64,000 bases of DNA from assembly GCA_965223845.1 (NCBI GenBank), contig CBDCXR010000004.1, positions 3,648,001 to 3,712,000 on the forward strand, given 5' to 3'. The stretch comes from Planctomycetota bacterium (GTDB lineage Bacteria > Planctomycetota > UBA8108 > SXIK01). The notes beneath the pieces are model-generated. The model saw only the letters and a program-made list of their open reading frames with translations. It had not been told where the DNA came from and searched no databases. A program made the position numbers and the translations under genes. Shown here piece after piece: positions 28,631 to 38,391 of the stretch. The first letter of the stretch is position 1; every line of letters starts with the position of its first letter.

Positions 28631-29464
28631 TTGCCCGCTACGCCGCGTTTTATCTCCGGCACCTCGGTCGAAATCGTCGATCCTCCCCCGCGCGGGTCCG
28701 TCCGCCACGCGATCTTCGATTGGGACGGAACTCTGAGCTACATGCGCGACGGGTGGCAGGACTTCATGGTGCCGATGATGGTCGAAGTGCTCGAAGAGTG
28801 TCCGCGCGCCGAGGCGCGGGAGACTCTCGAGCGGCTCGTCATCGACTTCGTCGATCATCTCACCGGGAAGCAGACCATCTATCAGATGATCCGACTCGCC
28901 GAAGAGGTGGAGCGGCGCGGCGGAACGCCTCGACCCCCGATCGAGTACAAAGACGAATACTACCGTCGACTGAACGAGCACATCCTCGAGCGCTACGATC
29001 GGATTCGCGCGGGTGAGCGCGCGGCGGACGAGTTCCTGGTCGACGGCGCGCGACGGTTTCTCGAGCTGGCGCGCGCGCGCGATATCCGCTGCTACTTGGC
29101 GAGCGGAACCGACGTCGAATACATCGCGGAGGAGGCGCGTCTCGTCGGGCTCGAGCAGGAGTTCGACGGCGGGATCCACGGCGCCCTGCCGAACTACGAG
29201 GACTTCTCGAAAGCGAAGGTGATCCGCGACATCATCACGGCGAACGACCTCCACGGCCCCGAGTTGATGGTGGTCGGTGACGGTTACGTCGAGATCGAAA
29301 ACGGACGCGACGTCGGCGCCGTGCGCCTCGGGCTCGTCACGGAAGAGCGGAACCGCTACCACATGAACGAGAACAAGCGCGAGCGCCTCGTCCGCGCGGG
29401 CGCGCAGCTCATCGCTTCCGACCTCGGGGAAGGCGAGGCCGTCCTCGACTACCTCGAAGCCTAG
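28631..29464 (+). CDS. HAD superfamily hydrolase
   Basis: HAIFDWDGT motif I, LASGT motif II, K, VVGDG motif IV; start uncertain (TTG 28631). Confidence 0.85.
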   Translation: MPATPRFISGTSVEIVDPPPRGSVRHAIFDWDGTLSYMRDGWQDFMVPMMVEVLEECPRAEARETLERLVIDFVDHLTGKQTIYQMIRLAEEVERRGGTPRPPIEYKDEYYRRLNEHILERYDRIRAGERAADEFLVDGARRFLELARARDIRCYLASGTDVEYIAEEARLVGLEQEFDGGIHGALPNYEDFSKAKVIRDIITANDLHGPELMVVGDGYVEIENGRDVGAVRLGLVTEERNRYHMNENKRERLVRAGAQLIASDLGEGEAVLDYLEA

Positions 29465-29616
29465 CCGCCGCGCTCCACTCACACTCCGCCGAGGACTCCG
29501 CGCGTGCACGGCGGCCGGGCCGATTCTCGAGGACCGGGCGAGCGCCGGTGTTCGATGAGGCGCATCGGTAAGCAGGACGACCCGGCTTCGAGGCGCAGCG
29601 CTCGACGCATCGCCTC

Positions 29617-30696
29617 CTACCGCGCCGCGACACGCGTCGGCTCAGCCGGGCTGCGGACACTGTGTTCGTAGTCGAGCTCGACGACTCGCTCGAGGATGCC
29701 TTCGAGCTCCGTCTTCGTCTGAATCCGCTGGAACTCCGTCCGCAATGACGCGGCGCCCTGGATTCCTTTGATGTACCACGTCCCGAACTTGCGCATTTGA
29801 AGCGCCGCGATCTTCGGACAATCGTGGTTGTGCTCCGTGAGGAGATCGAAATGTTCGCGGATCACGCGAACGATCTCGGGAACCTTCGGCCGCTCGGGGA
29901 GAGAAGAACGAGTGAACACTCGCTCCAAATTGCGAAAGAGCCACGGATTGCCGAGGCAGCCTCGCCCGATCACGACGCCGTCGCATCCCGTCTCGGCCAT
30001 CATCTCGAGAGCGTCGGGAGCCTCGAATATATCGCCGTTTCCGAGCACCGGAATCGAAACCGCCGACTTGAGGCGAGCGATGTGTTCCCAGCGGGCCGCG
30101 CCGGAGTACATCTGCGCGGCCGTGCGCGCGTGGAGAGCGATCCACGCGCATCCTTCGCCCTCGGCGACTCGCCCCGCTTCGAGATAGGTGTGCCGCTCTT
30201 CGTCGAGTCCGATGCGAACTTTGATCGTCACCGGGACGTCGCCCGCACCTCGCACAACCTCGGCGACGACGCGACGAAAATTCTTCGCGTCGAGAACCGC
30301 GGCGGCGCCCATGCCCTTGCGGACGAGTTTCTGTACCGGGCAACCGAAGTTGATGTCGATGTGGTCGACGTCGAGTTCCTCGCGGAGCTTTCTCGCCGAA
30401 TCCCCCATCGCACCGGGATCGCAGCCGAAGATTTGAATCGATCGCGGTCGTTCCTCCTCACCGAAGTGCGCGAGATGCCAGGTCTTCCGGCTCCCCTCGA
30501 GAATACCGCGAGAGCTGACCATCTCCGCGACGCACAGACCCGCACCGTGCTCCGAGCAAATTCGGCGATAGGGATAGTTCGTCACTCCGGCCATCGGCGC
30601 GAGCACGACGGGCGGCCAGATCGAAATCTTGTCGCCGAGTCCGAGCGGGGCGGCATCGCGCTGTTCGGCCGGCGATCCGGCGGTGAGTGGAGTCAT
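29617..30696 (-). CDS. dusB: tRNA dihydrouridine synthase
   Basis: VLAPMAGVT, IDINFGCPV, VTIKVRIG, LHART, GNGDI, IGRGCLGNPWLF. Confidence 0.92.
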   Translation of the reverse strand: MTPLTAGSPAEQRDAAPLGLGDKISIWPPVVLAPMAGVTNYPYRRICSEHGAGLCVAEMVSSRGILEGSRKTWHLAHFGEEERPRSIQIFGCDPGAMGDSARKLREELDVDHIDINFGCPVQKLVRKGMGAAAVLDAKNFRRVVAEVVRGAGDVPVTIKVRIGLDEERHTYLEAGRVAEGEGCAWIALHARTAAQMYSGAARWEHIARLKSAVSIPVLGNGDIFEAPDALEMMAETGCDGVVIGRGCLGNPWLFRNLERVFTRSSLPERPKVPEIVRVIREHFDLLTEHNHDCPKIAALQMRKFGTWYIKGIQGAASLRTEFQRIQTKTELEGILERVVELDYEHSVRSPAEPTRVAAR

Positions 30697-31136
30697 CACT
30701 CGAGGGAGAGCTCGTCGCTGCGGAGGCGCAGGTACCGGCGCTGGAGACAGAGAACACGGAATACGGCGAGGCCCATGAGCGTCACCGTCGGGGCGAAATC
30801 GCCGTGCAGATCGCGCGGCCTGAGGTAGATCTGCCAGGCGATCGCGGCGGCGCCGACGCTGAGGACGGCGAAGTAGAATAGCATCAAGCGTCCGACGAAG
30901 TGGCGCCTTTCGGCAAAGAGCGCGGAAGCGTTTGCGCGGCGGCGGACGCGTTCCTCGAGATCGAGTCCCGTGTGCATTTGGGTGAGCGAAAACCAAATGA
31001 GGCACACAATAAGGACGCCGCTCAACGCGCTCGAGAAATGCGAGAACATCACCAAGATCACGCCGCAGACCGAGATGCAGACGGTCTCCGTCATCCACCA
31101 GAGGGCGATGCGCAAGGTGCTCTCTTGACTCGTCAT
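30696..31136 (-). CDS. Small integral membrane hypothetical protein (about 4 TM)
   Basis: Four hydrophobic segments; stop overlaps the dusB start. Confidence 0.6.
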   Translation of the reverse strand: MTSQESTLRIALWWMTETVCISVCGVILVMFSHFSSALSGVLIVCLIWFSLTQMHTGLDLEERVRRRANASALFAERRHFVGRLMLFYFAVLSVGAAAIAWQIYLRPRDLHGDFAPTVTLMGLAVFRVLCLQRRYLRLRSDELSLE

Positions 31137-31337
31137 GTCTCCACTCGCGACGCGTTTTCGAAACAGCCATCGTACCGCGCGCGGCGCGACGAGGTCCAGC
31201 CGGTGGGTACGCCGAGGGCACCGGACAACGAACGAAACGGTGCGCCCCCGCGGCGCACTCACGCGCCGTCGATCGCCGCCGCCGACGCGGAGAACCGGAT
31301 GCGAAATCCGCGCGCGAGCCTGGTATTCTCGGGCGGC

Positions 31338-32495
31338 ATGAAACTGCATCCGCGAAGCCAACGACTGGAGACCGAATCGGCGTTCGAGGTCCTCGCGCGC
31401 GCGAAGGAGCTCGAACGGAGCGGACGCAGCATCGTGCACCTCGAAATCGGGCAGCCCGACTTTCCGACGCCGCGCCACATCGCGGACGCGGCGATCGCGG
31501 CGATCCGCGACGGCAAGACGGGGTACGGTCCGACGCCGGGGATCCCGGAGCTGCGCGAGGCGATCGCCGAGGACTCCCGTGCGCGGCGAGGGGTCAGCGT
31601 GAGTCCCGAGCAGGTGATCGTGACTCCCGGTGCAAAGCCCGTCATGTACTACGCGATCGAATCGCTGTGTGGCGAGGGCGACGAGGTCATCTATCCCGAT
31701 CCCGGCTTTCCGATGTACCGCTCGATCGTCGCCCACTCCGGCGCGACCGGCGTTCCGCTTCCGCTTCGTGAAGAGCACGAGTTTCGCTTCGACGCGGACG
31801 AGTTTCGCGCGCTCGTCAGTGATCGCACCCGACTCATCATCCTCAATTCGCCGCACAATCCGACCGGCGGCTCACTGACACGCGACGACTTGAACGTCGT
31901 CGCGGAAGCGAGCGCCGCGACCGGGGCCGTCGTTCTCTCCGACGAAATCTACATCCGCTTCGTTTACGACGGCGCATTTGCGACGATCGCCGCGCTTCCG
32001 GGGATGGACGATCGAACGATCATCCTCGACGGCTTTTCGAAGAGTTATTCCATGACCGGGTGGAGGGTCGGGTACGCGATCGTGCCGCCGGCGTTGGTGC
32101 AGGCGTTCGAACGCTACAACGTCAACGTCGTCTCTTGCGCAGCGACGTTCAATCAGTGGGGTGCGCTAGCGGCGCTGGAGGGACCGCAGGATCCGGTGGA
32201 GGCGATGGTGGACGAGTTTCGCGCCCGCCGCGACCTCCTCGTCGCCGGACTCAATCGAATCCGTGGCGTGAGCTGCCGCGTCCCTCGCGGGGCGTTCTAC
32301 GCTTTCCCTTCGATCAAGGAGACCGGCAGGAGCGCGGCGGACATCGCCCACGATCTTCTCGAAGACGCAGGCGTCGCGGTTCTCCCGGGGACAGCGTTCG
32401 GCGACCACGGCGAGGGACATCTTCGCCTCTCGTACGCGGCTTCGCGCGCGCAGCTCGCGGAAGCGATCGAGCGGATGGAACGCCATTTCGGCTGA
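31338..32495 (+). CDS. PLP-dependent aminotransferase class I/II (aspartate aminotransferase-like)
   Basis: IGQPDF, NSPHNPTG, SDEIY, GFSKSYSMTGWRVG. Confidence 0.93.
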   Translation: MKLHPRSQRLETESAFEVLARAKELERSGRSIVHLEIGQPDFPTPRHIADAAIAAIRDGKTGYGPTPGIPELREAIAEDSRARRGVSVSPEQVIVTPGAKPVMYYAIESLCGEGDEVIYPDPGFPMYRSIVAHSGATGVPLPLREEHEFRFDADEFRALVSDRTRLIILNSPHNPTGGSLTRDDLNVVAEASAATGAVVLSDEIYIRFVYDGAFATIAALPGMDDRTIILDGFSKSYSMTGWRVGYAIVPPALVQAFERYNVNVVSCAATFNQWGALAALEGPQDPVEAMVDEFRARRDLLVAGLNRIRGVSCRVPRGAFYAFPSIKETGRSAADIAHDLLEDAGVAVLPGTAFGDHGEGHLRLSYAASRAQLAEAIERMERHFG

Positions 32496-32548
32496 AGCGA
32501 AGGCGACGATCGCGTCTGCGATCGCGGCTGAGATACGGGAGCGTAGTC

Positions 32549-33625
32549 ATGAAGCGCTGGAAAATCGCCGGGATCAACTTCGACCACATGCACATGGGAG
32601 ACAACCTCCGCATGGCGTTCGAACATCCTCGCGTCGACATCGTCGCCCTGAGCGACGAGGACCCGGAGCGCATGGTCGACGCCGCGCGCGAGTTCAAGAT
32701 CTCCGAGGAGAACTGCTACACGGACTACCGGCGCTGTCTCGAAGCGACCGAGCCGGATCTCGTGCTCCTCTGCCCCGCGACCGCGATGCACGGTGAGTGG
32801 ACGGAAAGGATCGCGCCGTTTGGTGTCCACGTCATCATGGAGAAGCCCTTCGCGGCGACGGTCGCCGAGGCCGACGCGATGGTCGCAGCGATGGCGAAGG
32901 GCGGCGGGCGTCTCGCGATCAACTGGCCGCTGGCTTGGTACCCACCGCATCTCACCGCGAAGCGGCTGATCGACGAAGGTAGAATCGGCGACGTGCGCGA
33001 AGTCCACTACTACGATGGCAACCGCGGTCCCCTCTACCACGTGGCCGACAAAGTGGAGACGACCGACGCGTACGTCGCCGCGCAGAAGCCACAGAGTTGG
33101 TTTTATAAGCGCGCGCACGGCGGCGGATCGCTCCTCGACTATCTCGGCTACGGAACGACGCTCGGGACCTGGTACCACGGCGGCGCGGCGCCGATCGAAG
33201 TGGCGTGCGTCGTCGATCAGCCCGCGGGACTCGAAGTGGACGAGCACAGCATCACCGTCGCTCGCTACGAGTACGGCTTGTCCCGCTTCGAGACGCGTTG
33301 GGGAACGTTCAGCGACCCCTGGACGCACCAACCGCAGCCGAAGTGCGGCTTCGTGATCTGCGGTACCGACGGAACGATCAGCAGCTACGACTACGAATCG
33401 ACGATCCGAGTCCAGACGCGCGACTGCCCAGAAGGACAAGACCTGCCGGTGGACGCGATCGCGAACCCGCGGCAAAATCCCATCCAGTACGTGGTCGATT
33501 GTCTCGAGCGCGACGTTCCCATCGAAGGTCCGCTCTCGCCGGAAACCTGTCGCGTCGGCCAACAGATCGTCGATGCCGCCGCGTTGAGCGCCGAGCGAAA
33601 GGAAGTCGTTCGACTCGGTGCGTAA
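32549..33625 (+). CDS. Gfo/Idh/MocA family oxidoreductase
   Basis: N-terminal Rossmann fold, MEKP, GGGSLLDY. Confidence 0.9.
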   Translation: MKRWKIAGINFDHMHMGDNLRMAFEHPRVDIVALSDEDPERMVDAAREFKISEENCYTDYRRCLEATEPDLVLLCPATAMHGEWTERIAPFGVHVIMEKPFAATVAEADAMVAAMAKGGGRLAINWPLAWYPPHLTAKRLIDEGRIGDVREVHYYDGNRGPLYHVADKVETTDAYVAAQKPQSWFYKRAHGGGSLLDYLGYGTTLGTWYHGGAAPIEVACVVDQPAGLEVDEHSITVARYEYGLSRFETRWGTFSDPWTHQPQPKCGFVICGTDGTISSYDYESTIRVQTRDCPEGQDLPVDAIANPRQNPIQYVVDCLERDVPIEGPLSPETCRVGQQIVDAAALSAERKEVVRLGA

Positions 33626-33676
33626 TCGAAGACCGACCGGTCGACGGCACCGACCCAAAGCAGTGAGGCCAGACGA

Positions 33677-34249
33677 TTGAGTTTTCTCCGCCGCTCCGTT
33701 CCCGCTGCGCAGCTCTACGGCGAGATCTGCCAGCAGCTCGAAACGCTTCCACTCCGCCACGACCCGGCGAGCGAAGTGAGTGAGACTTACTCGCGGCTCG
33801 AAGGCATCTCGGACGAGGAGCTACTCGGCGCGAACATCGCCCGCCGCGACATGGTTCAGGCGGTGCGCTCGGGCCTACTCCTTCGCGCCGATCTCACCGA
33901 CGAATCGCACACGATTTCGCAGAGCATCTCCGCCAGCGAGGGAAGCTACTGGCACGGGATCATGCACCGCCGCGAGCCCGATTATTCGAACGCGAAGTAC
34001 TGGTTCCGTCGCGTAGGCGAGCATCCGCTCTTTACCGAGCTCGCGTCCTCGGAGCGCGTCCGCGAGCTCGACGAGAGCTCTGGCGGTCGCCTTCTTTCCG
34101 GGTCGCGCTGGGATCCGTACCACTTTGTCGACCTCTGCGAGGAGTGCGAGAGAAGTGAGGGGTCCGAGCTCAGATCTTCGCTCGAGGAGGCGCAGGCGAT
34201 CGAGATCGATCTGCTCCTCGAATTCTGCTTCGCGCGGGCGATCGCGTGA
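33677..34249 (+). CDS. Conserved hypothetical protein (HxxSQ...YWHGIMHRREPDYxNAxYW motif)
   Basis: Motif-rich His/Trp segment; GTGA overlap with next gene; TTG start uncertain. Confidence 0.7.
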   Translation: MSFLRRSVPAAQLYGEICQQLETLPLRHDPASEVSETYSRLEGISDEELLGANIARRDMVQAVRSGLLLRADLTDESHTISQSISASEGSYWHGIMHRREPDYSNAKYWFRRVGEHPLFTELASSERVRELDESSGGRLLSGSRWDPYHFVDLCEECERSEGSELRSSLEEAQAIEIDLLLEFCFARAIA

Positions 34250-34683
34250 CTCTCCCGCGCGACCGAAACCCGCCCGAGCGGCGCCGAGCCGGTCCCGCGG
34301 CCTTGCTCGCGGCGGCGACGATCGTCCTAGCCGCTCTGACCTCGTCCTGCCGGAAGATGGAGCTCCGGCGTGCGATGACGATCGTCCAGACGCGGTTTAC
34401 CGCGCTTTCGGAAGCGCAGGAGCGCGGGCTGCGCGAGCCGGCGAACTTCGAGATTCGAGAGCTGGGGCGCAGTCTCGAGCGAGCCCTCCTCGACGAGCGG
34501 ATTATCCGCGCGAACGCCTTCGCCGACGAGACCGAGTTCCAATCACTCCTCGCCGAGACGGTCGACGCGGTCCGGTCCATACAGCACCGCGCGAAGGCGT
34601 TCGACGCGGCGGAACTCTGGGACGCGCGGAGTGAGATCTCCTACTCGTGCCAGAACTGCCACGATCGATACCGCGGGCACTGA
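34246..34683 (+). CDS. Cytochrome c'-like four-helix lipoprotein
   Basis: Lipobox-like LTSSC; helical body; C-terminal CQNCH heme motif. Confidence 0.75.
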   Translation: MTLPRDRNPPERRRAGPAALLAAATIVLAALTSSCRKMELRRAMTIVQTRFTALSEAQERGLREPANFEIRELGRSLERALLDERIIRANAFADETEFQSLLAETVDAVRSIQHRAKAFDAAELWDARSEISYSCQNCHDRYRGH

Positions 34684-35055
34684 TCCGCGGAGCGTATCGG
34701 GACTTCCCCGCGCGGAAAACTCCGGTGGAGAAGCCCGTTCCGTACGCTAGCGCCGCGCGATCGCGAGCTCAACCGTAGCTCGATCGAACGACGCACCCGA
34801 GCCGAGCGCCTCCCGTACTCGACTCCTGCGCCGCGTCCACGAGGAGCGAAACCCCTCAGCGGTCGCGCCGTCGAGAGACGCGGAGGGGGCCGAGTTTCGC
34901 ACTCACGATCCGCGCCTTCGACGCCGAGGCACGGCCGAACGTGAGCTTATCGGCCGGCGGCTTTGCCGCCGCGGAGAACGAGTTCTACTCTTCTCCAGTA
35001 ACTACGGCATTCTCGCTTCGCCGTGTCCCCGCTTGCCCACGGAGCAGTGTGAAAC

Positions 35056-36903
35056 GTGTCATCGCAATCCAGCGGAAAGATCCTCAACGTGCCGGGAGTC
35101 GACGCGGGCTCCGCGTCCGGCTCATCGCCTGGCGGTGCGACATCGACCGGAGGGGCCGCGACTGGCGGTACGGCCGGTGGCGGCGCACAAGAGAAGAAGC
35201 CAGTGCCCTGCCTCGAAGAGGTGAAGACGTTCGTCCAGAACGTCGTCGTCGCGGAGAAAAATCTCCAGCTGTACCCGCCCTTCTCGAAGATCGTCAGGCT
35301 CTCCGCGGAGAAGCTTCACGACTCGCTCGAGGCGTTCAACGAAGCGTCTTCGACACCGCTTCAGCTTTGGGTGAGCCAGAAAGACTTCCTCTACGAGGAC
35401 GCCGTCGTCTACCACGAGGAACACACCGGGAAGAGTCTCGCGTACCGCCTCTACACCGACGGCATTCGCTCGATCACGTTCAATGAGGAGACGACGGCCG
35501 AAGAGCTGAACGACTTCGTTCTCTGCTTCCGGGAGCTCCGGAACTGCGGCGACGACGAGAACGACTTCGGTACCGTCTTCTGGGAAAAAGACTCCACCCA
35601 CATTCAGCTCCAGATCGTCGACGACACGGATATCACGGCGGACGACGAGATTCCGGACGTCCCGAAATCCGGCCTCTTGTCGATGGGCTTCCAGCTCGAG
35701 CGCCTCGACATCAGCCACGAGGAAGAGGAGCGACTCAAGGCCGAGCTCAGCGAACGGCTGCAGACCGACGAGGGCGACGCGACCTTCGAGCTCTCGGCTG
35801 AGGAAGCCGAGCGCATCGACGAGCTCGCGAAAAAGGAGGAGGAGTACTTCCCCGTCTACGACTTCGTCGACGTTCTCATCGAGCTGATGGTAAAGAACGG
35901 GGATCCGGAGGCGTTTAACGAGTCCGCGAAGATGATCCGGGCGATCGCCTTCGCCCTCGTCGAGAACCTCGACTTTCATCACGCCGCGGGCCTCCTTCGC
36001 AAGCTGTCGACTGAAGCGCACCCCGGCCTCACCGCCGATCACAAGCGACAGATCCGCGAAATGATCGGCAGCTTCTGCGATCGCCAGACGCTCGAGATCC
36101 TCAGCTCCTACCTGAAAGAACACGCCCACCTGAGCCCGGACCACGGGATCTTTCTCTTCCTCCGGGTCTTCGATCGGAACGCGGTGAAGTCGTTCTGCCA
36201 GTTCCTCGAACATCGAGCGCACCACGAGGCGATGACGAACGTGCTCCTCGAAATCGGCCGCGACTCCGGCCGCGTGTTCGCGCAGCTCCTCGACAGCCCG
36301 AGCCCGGAGATCGCCCAAGGTGTCTTGAGAATCGTCGCACAGATCGAGGACGAAAAGCGGCCACAGCGCATCGCGTCGGCGCTCAAGCATCCCGACGAGA
36401 AGGTTCGCCACTACGCGGCGAAGCTGATCCTCGAGCTCGACGATGAGGACGCTGCGTCCCATCTGCTCGCGCTTCTCGACGAGGATCAAAAGCAGCTCCT
36501 TCACTTCGGCCTTCAATTCTTCGCCCAGGCCGAGTGTCCGGAGGCGTACTCGCGACTTCTCGCGTTGAGTGAATCTAAGCGGTTCTTCACGCTCGACAAG
36601 TCCCGCCAGACGCTGTGCTTCAAAGCGCTCCTCAAGTCGGATTCGAATCGCGCGCTCGAGTACCTCACGACGAAGCTGCTGAAGGGCGTCCTTACATTCG
36701 GCGCTAAGGCCCGAAGGCGTAAGGCTGCCGCGCTGCTCGCTCTCTCGGCGAGCAGCGACGACCGATCGATCAAGACGCTTCAGCGCTTCGCCGCGAAGGA
36801 GCGAAGCGCACTCTCCTCGACAGCCAAGCACGCGCTCCGCCTGATGGTCACCGAAGCCGACACCGACTGCGCCACGACCGAGAAGGAGGCCGCGCATGTC
36901 TGA
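35056..36903 (+). CDS. HEAT-repeat protein with N-terminal 'LYP' domain
   Basis: Gly-rich N-terminal tail, KNLQLYPP domain, acidic linker, HEAT repeats (LKHPDEKVRHYA). Confidence 0.85.
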   Translation: MSSQSSGKILNVPGVDAGSASGSSPGGATSTGGAATGGTAGGGAQEKKPVPCLEEVKTFVQNVVVAEKNLQLYPPFSKIVRLSAEKLHDSLEAFNEASSTPLQLWVSQKDFLYEDAVVYHEEHTGKSLAYRLYTDGIRSITFNEETTAEELNDFVLCFRELRNCGDDENDFGTVFWEKDSTHIQLQIVDDTDITADDEIPDVPKSGLLSMGFQLERLDISHEEEERLKAELSERLQTDEGDATFELSAEEAERIDELAKKEEEYFPVYDFVDVLIELMVKNGDPEAFNESAKMIRAIAFALVENLDFHHAAGLLRKLSTEAHPGLTADHKRQIREMIGSFCDRQTLEILSSYLKEHAHLSPDHGIFLFLRVFDRNAVKSFCQFLEHRAHHEAMTNVLLEIGRDSGRVFAQLLDSPSPEIAQGVLRIVAQIEDEKRPQRIASALKHPDEKVRHYAAKLILELDDEDAASHLLALLDEDQKQLLHFGLQFFAQAECPEAYSRLLALSESKRFFTLDKSRQTLCFKALLKSDSNRALEYLTTKLLKGVLTFGAKARRRKAAALLALSASSDDRSIKTLQRFAAKERSALSSTAKHALRLMVTEADTDCATTEKEAAHV

Positions 36904-38350
36904 CGAAGCCAGCATCTCACTCGCGAAAGTCCTCAATACGGGAGTGCGAAAGCACGGAAAGACGATCCTCACGAATCTCTCCGTCGCGCTCAAGGTGACG
37001 AAGCTCTACGACCCTTCGCACCAGAACGTCCGCAATGCGCTGAATGAGCTCCTCGAGCTCCTCCAGGGCTTCCTCCGCGTCCAGGGGCACGTCAACCTCA
37101 CACGCATCGACGATTTTCTCTTCCTCAATGACGTTCGCATCCAGGTCGACGCCGGCGGATACGAAATCTACTGTCACATCGTCGAGCTCTTCAAGGAACG
37201 CGAGATCGGCGAGATCAGCTTCGCGACCGGTCTCACGGCGACGGAGCTCGAAAAACTCGTCCTCATGCTGAACGAGTCCCCGCCGGAGTGCGATCAGCCC
37301 TGGGACGAGTTTTGCGAGATCCTCTCCCGTCACACTCTGCCGAACGTTTGCTTCTCGAAGCACGAAAAGCGCTTCGATCACTACGACGAGGACGTCCAAG
37401 ACGACCGCGTGACGATCATCCAGACGTTCTTCAAGGCGATCGCGACGACCGGGAAGGCATTCAAATCCGTCGAGTCGGGACGTCGGATCAACCTGAAGTC
37501 GATCAAGACGGCCGTCCACGCCATGGTCGATCTGACGCTGAACGCCGAGCACCTTCTCCTGGGGCTGACGAACGTTCGCGATCACGGCACGCCCGGTGCG
37601 AACCACGCCGTCAACGTCGCCGTGCTCTCGATCGCCACCGGGGCTCGCCTCGGTCTCTCGAAGCGCATCCTCGGTGACCTCGGAATCGCAGCGCTGCTCC
37701 ACGATCTCGGCAAGGTCGGCTTCGAAGACGATCTGCGCGCAAGCCGCCTCGACACTCTCGAGGGGGACCGATTCGAGGAGTACTTCAGCCACGTCTACAC
37801 CGGGACCGAGCATCTGCTCCGGCAGAGCATGGTCCACCAGATCGTGAAATCGATGAACGTGGCCTTTCTCCATCACTACCGCTACGACCGGACCGGCTAT
37901 CCCCAGCTCATGAGCGCGAAGGAGCAGAATCTCTTCACGCGTATCGTGAGCATCGCGGACCACTACGACAACCGACTCACCGCGGGTCGCTTCGGCGGCG
38001 ATCCGGACACGCCGGAGGTCGTGCTCCGCGACCTCCTCGGCCGCGGCGGCACGGAGTTCGACCCGCTCGTCGTGAAGGCGTTCGTCAACCTGATGGGCCT
38101 CTATCCCGTCGGCTGCATGGTGCGCCTCGACACGAACGAGGTCGCCACCGTCGTCGCTCCGCCGTCCCATCCTCGCTACCTCGACCGCCCCACCGTTCGC
38201 CTCGTTTGTGACGAGCTCGGCCAGTCGGGAGACTCCGTCTACAACCTGATGGACCGCGACGCGGCCGGGAACTTCCGGCGCTCGATCCTGAAGCTCTACC
38301 AGCAGGAAGAGGTTCAGCTCGAGCTCGACGAGTACCTCGCCGTGATTTGA
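36896..38350 (+). CDS. HD-GYP domain protein (putative cyclic-dinucleotide phosphodiesterase)
   Basis: HAVNV, LLHDLGK, HHYRYDRTGYP, ADHYD, FDP, GLYPVG; 8-nt overlap with upstream gene. Confidence 0.9.
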   Translation: MSDEASISLAKVLNTGVRKHGKTILTNLSVALKVTKLYDPSHQNVRNALNELLELLQGFLRVQGHVNLTRIDDFLFLNDVRIQVDAGGYEIYCHIVELFKEREIGEISFATGLTATELEKLVLMLNESPPECDQPWDEFCEILSRHTLPNVCFSKHEKRFDHYDEDVQDDRVTIIQTFFKAIATTGKAFKSVESGRRINLKSIKTAVHAMVDLTLNAEHLLLGLTNVRDHGTPGANHAVNVAVLSIATGARLGLSKRILGDLGIAALLHDLGKVGFEDDLRASRLDTLEGDRFEEYFSHVYTGTEHLLRQSMVHQIVKSMNVAFLHHYRYDRTGYPQLMSAKEQNLFTRIVSIADHYDNRLTAGRFGGDPDTPEVVLRDLLGRGGTEFDPLVVKAFVNLMGLYPVGCMVRLDTNEVATVVAPPSHPRYLDRPTVRLVCDELGQSGDSVYNLMDRDAAGNFRRSILKLYQQEEVQLELDEYLAVI

Positions 38351-38391
38351 TCGACGAGGTTCCCGGCCGCCGCCGGGCAGAAAGCGCGACC

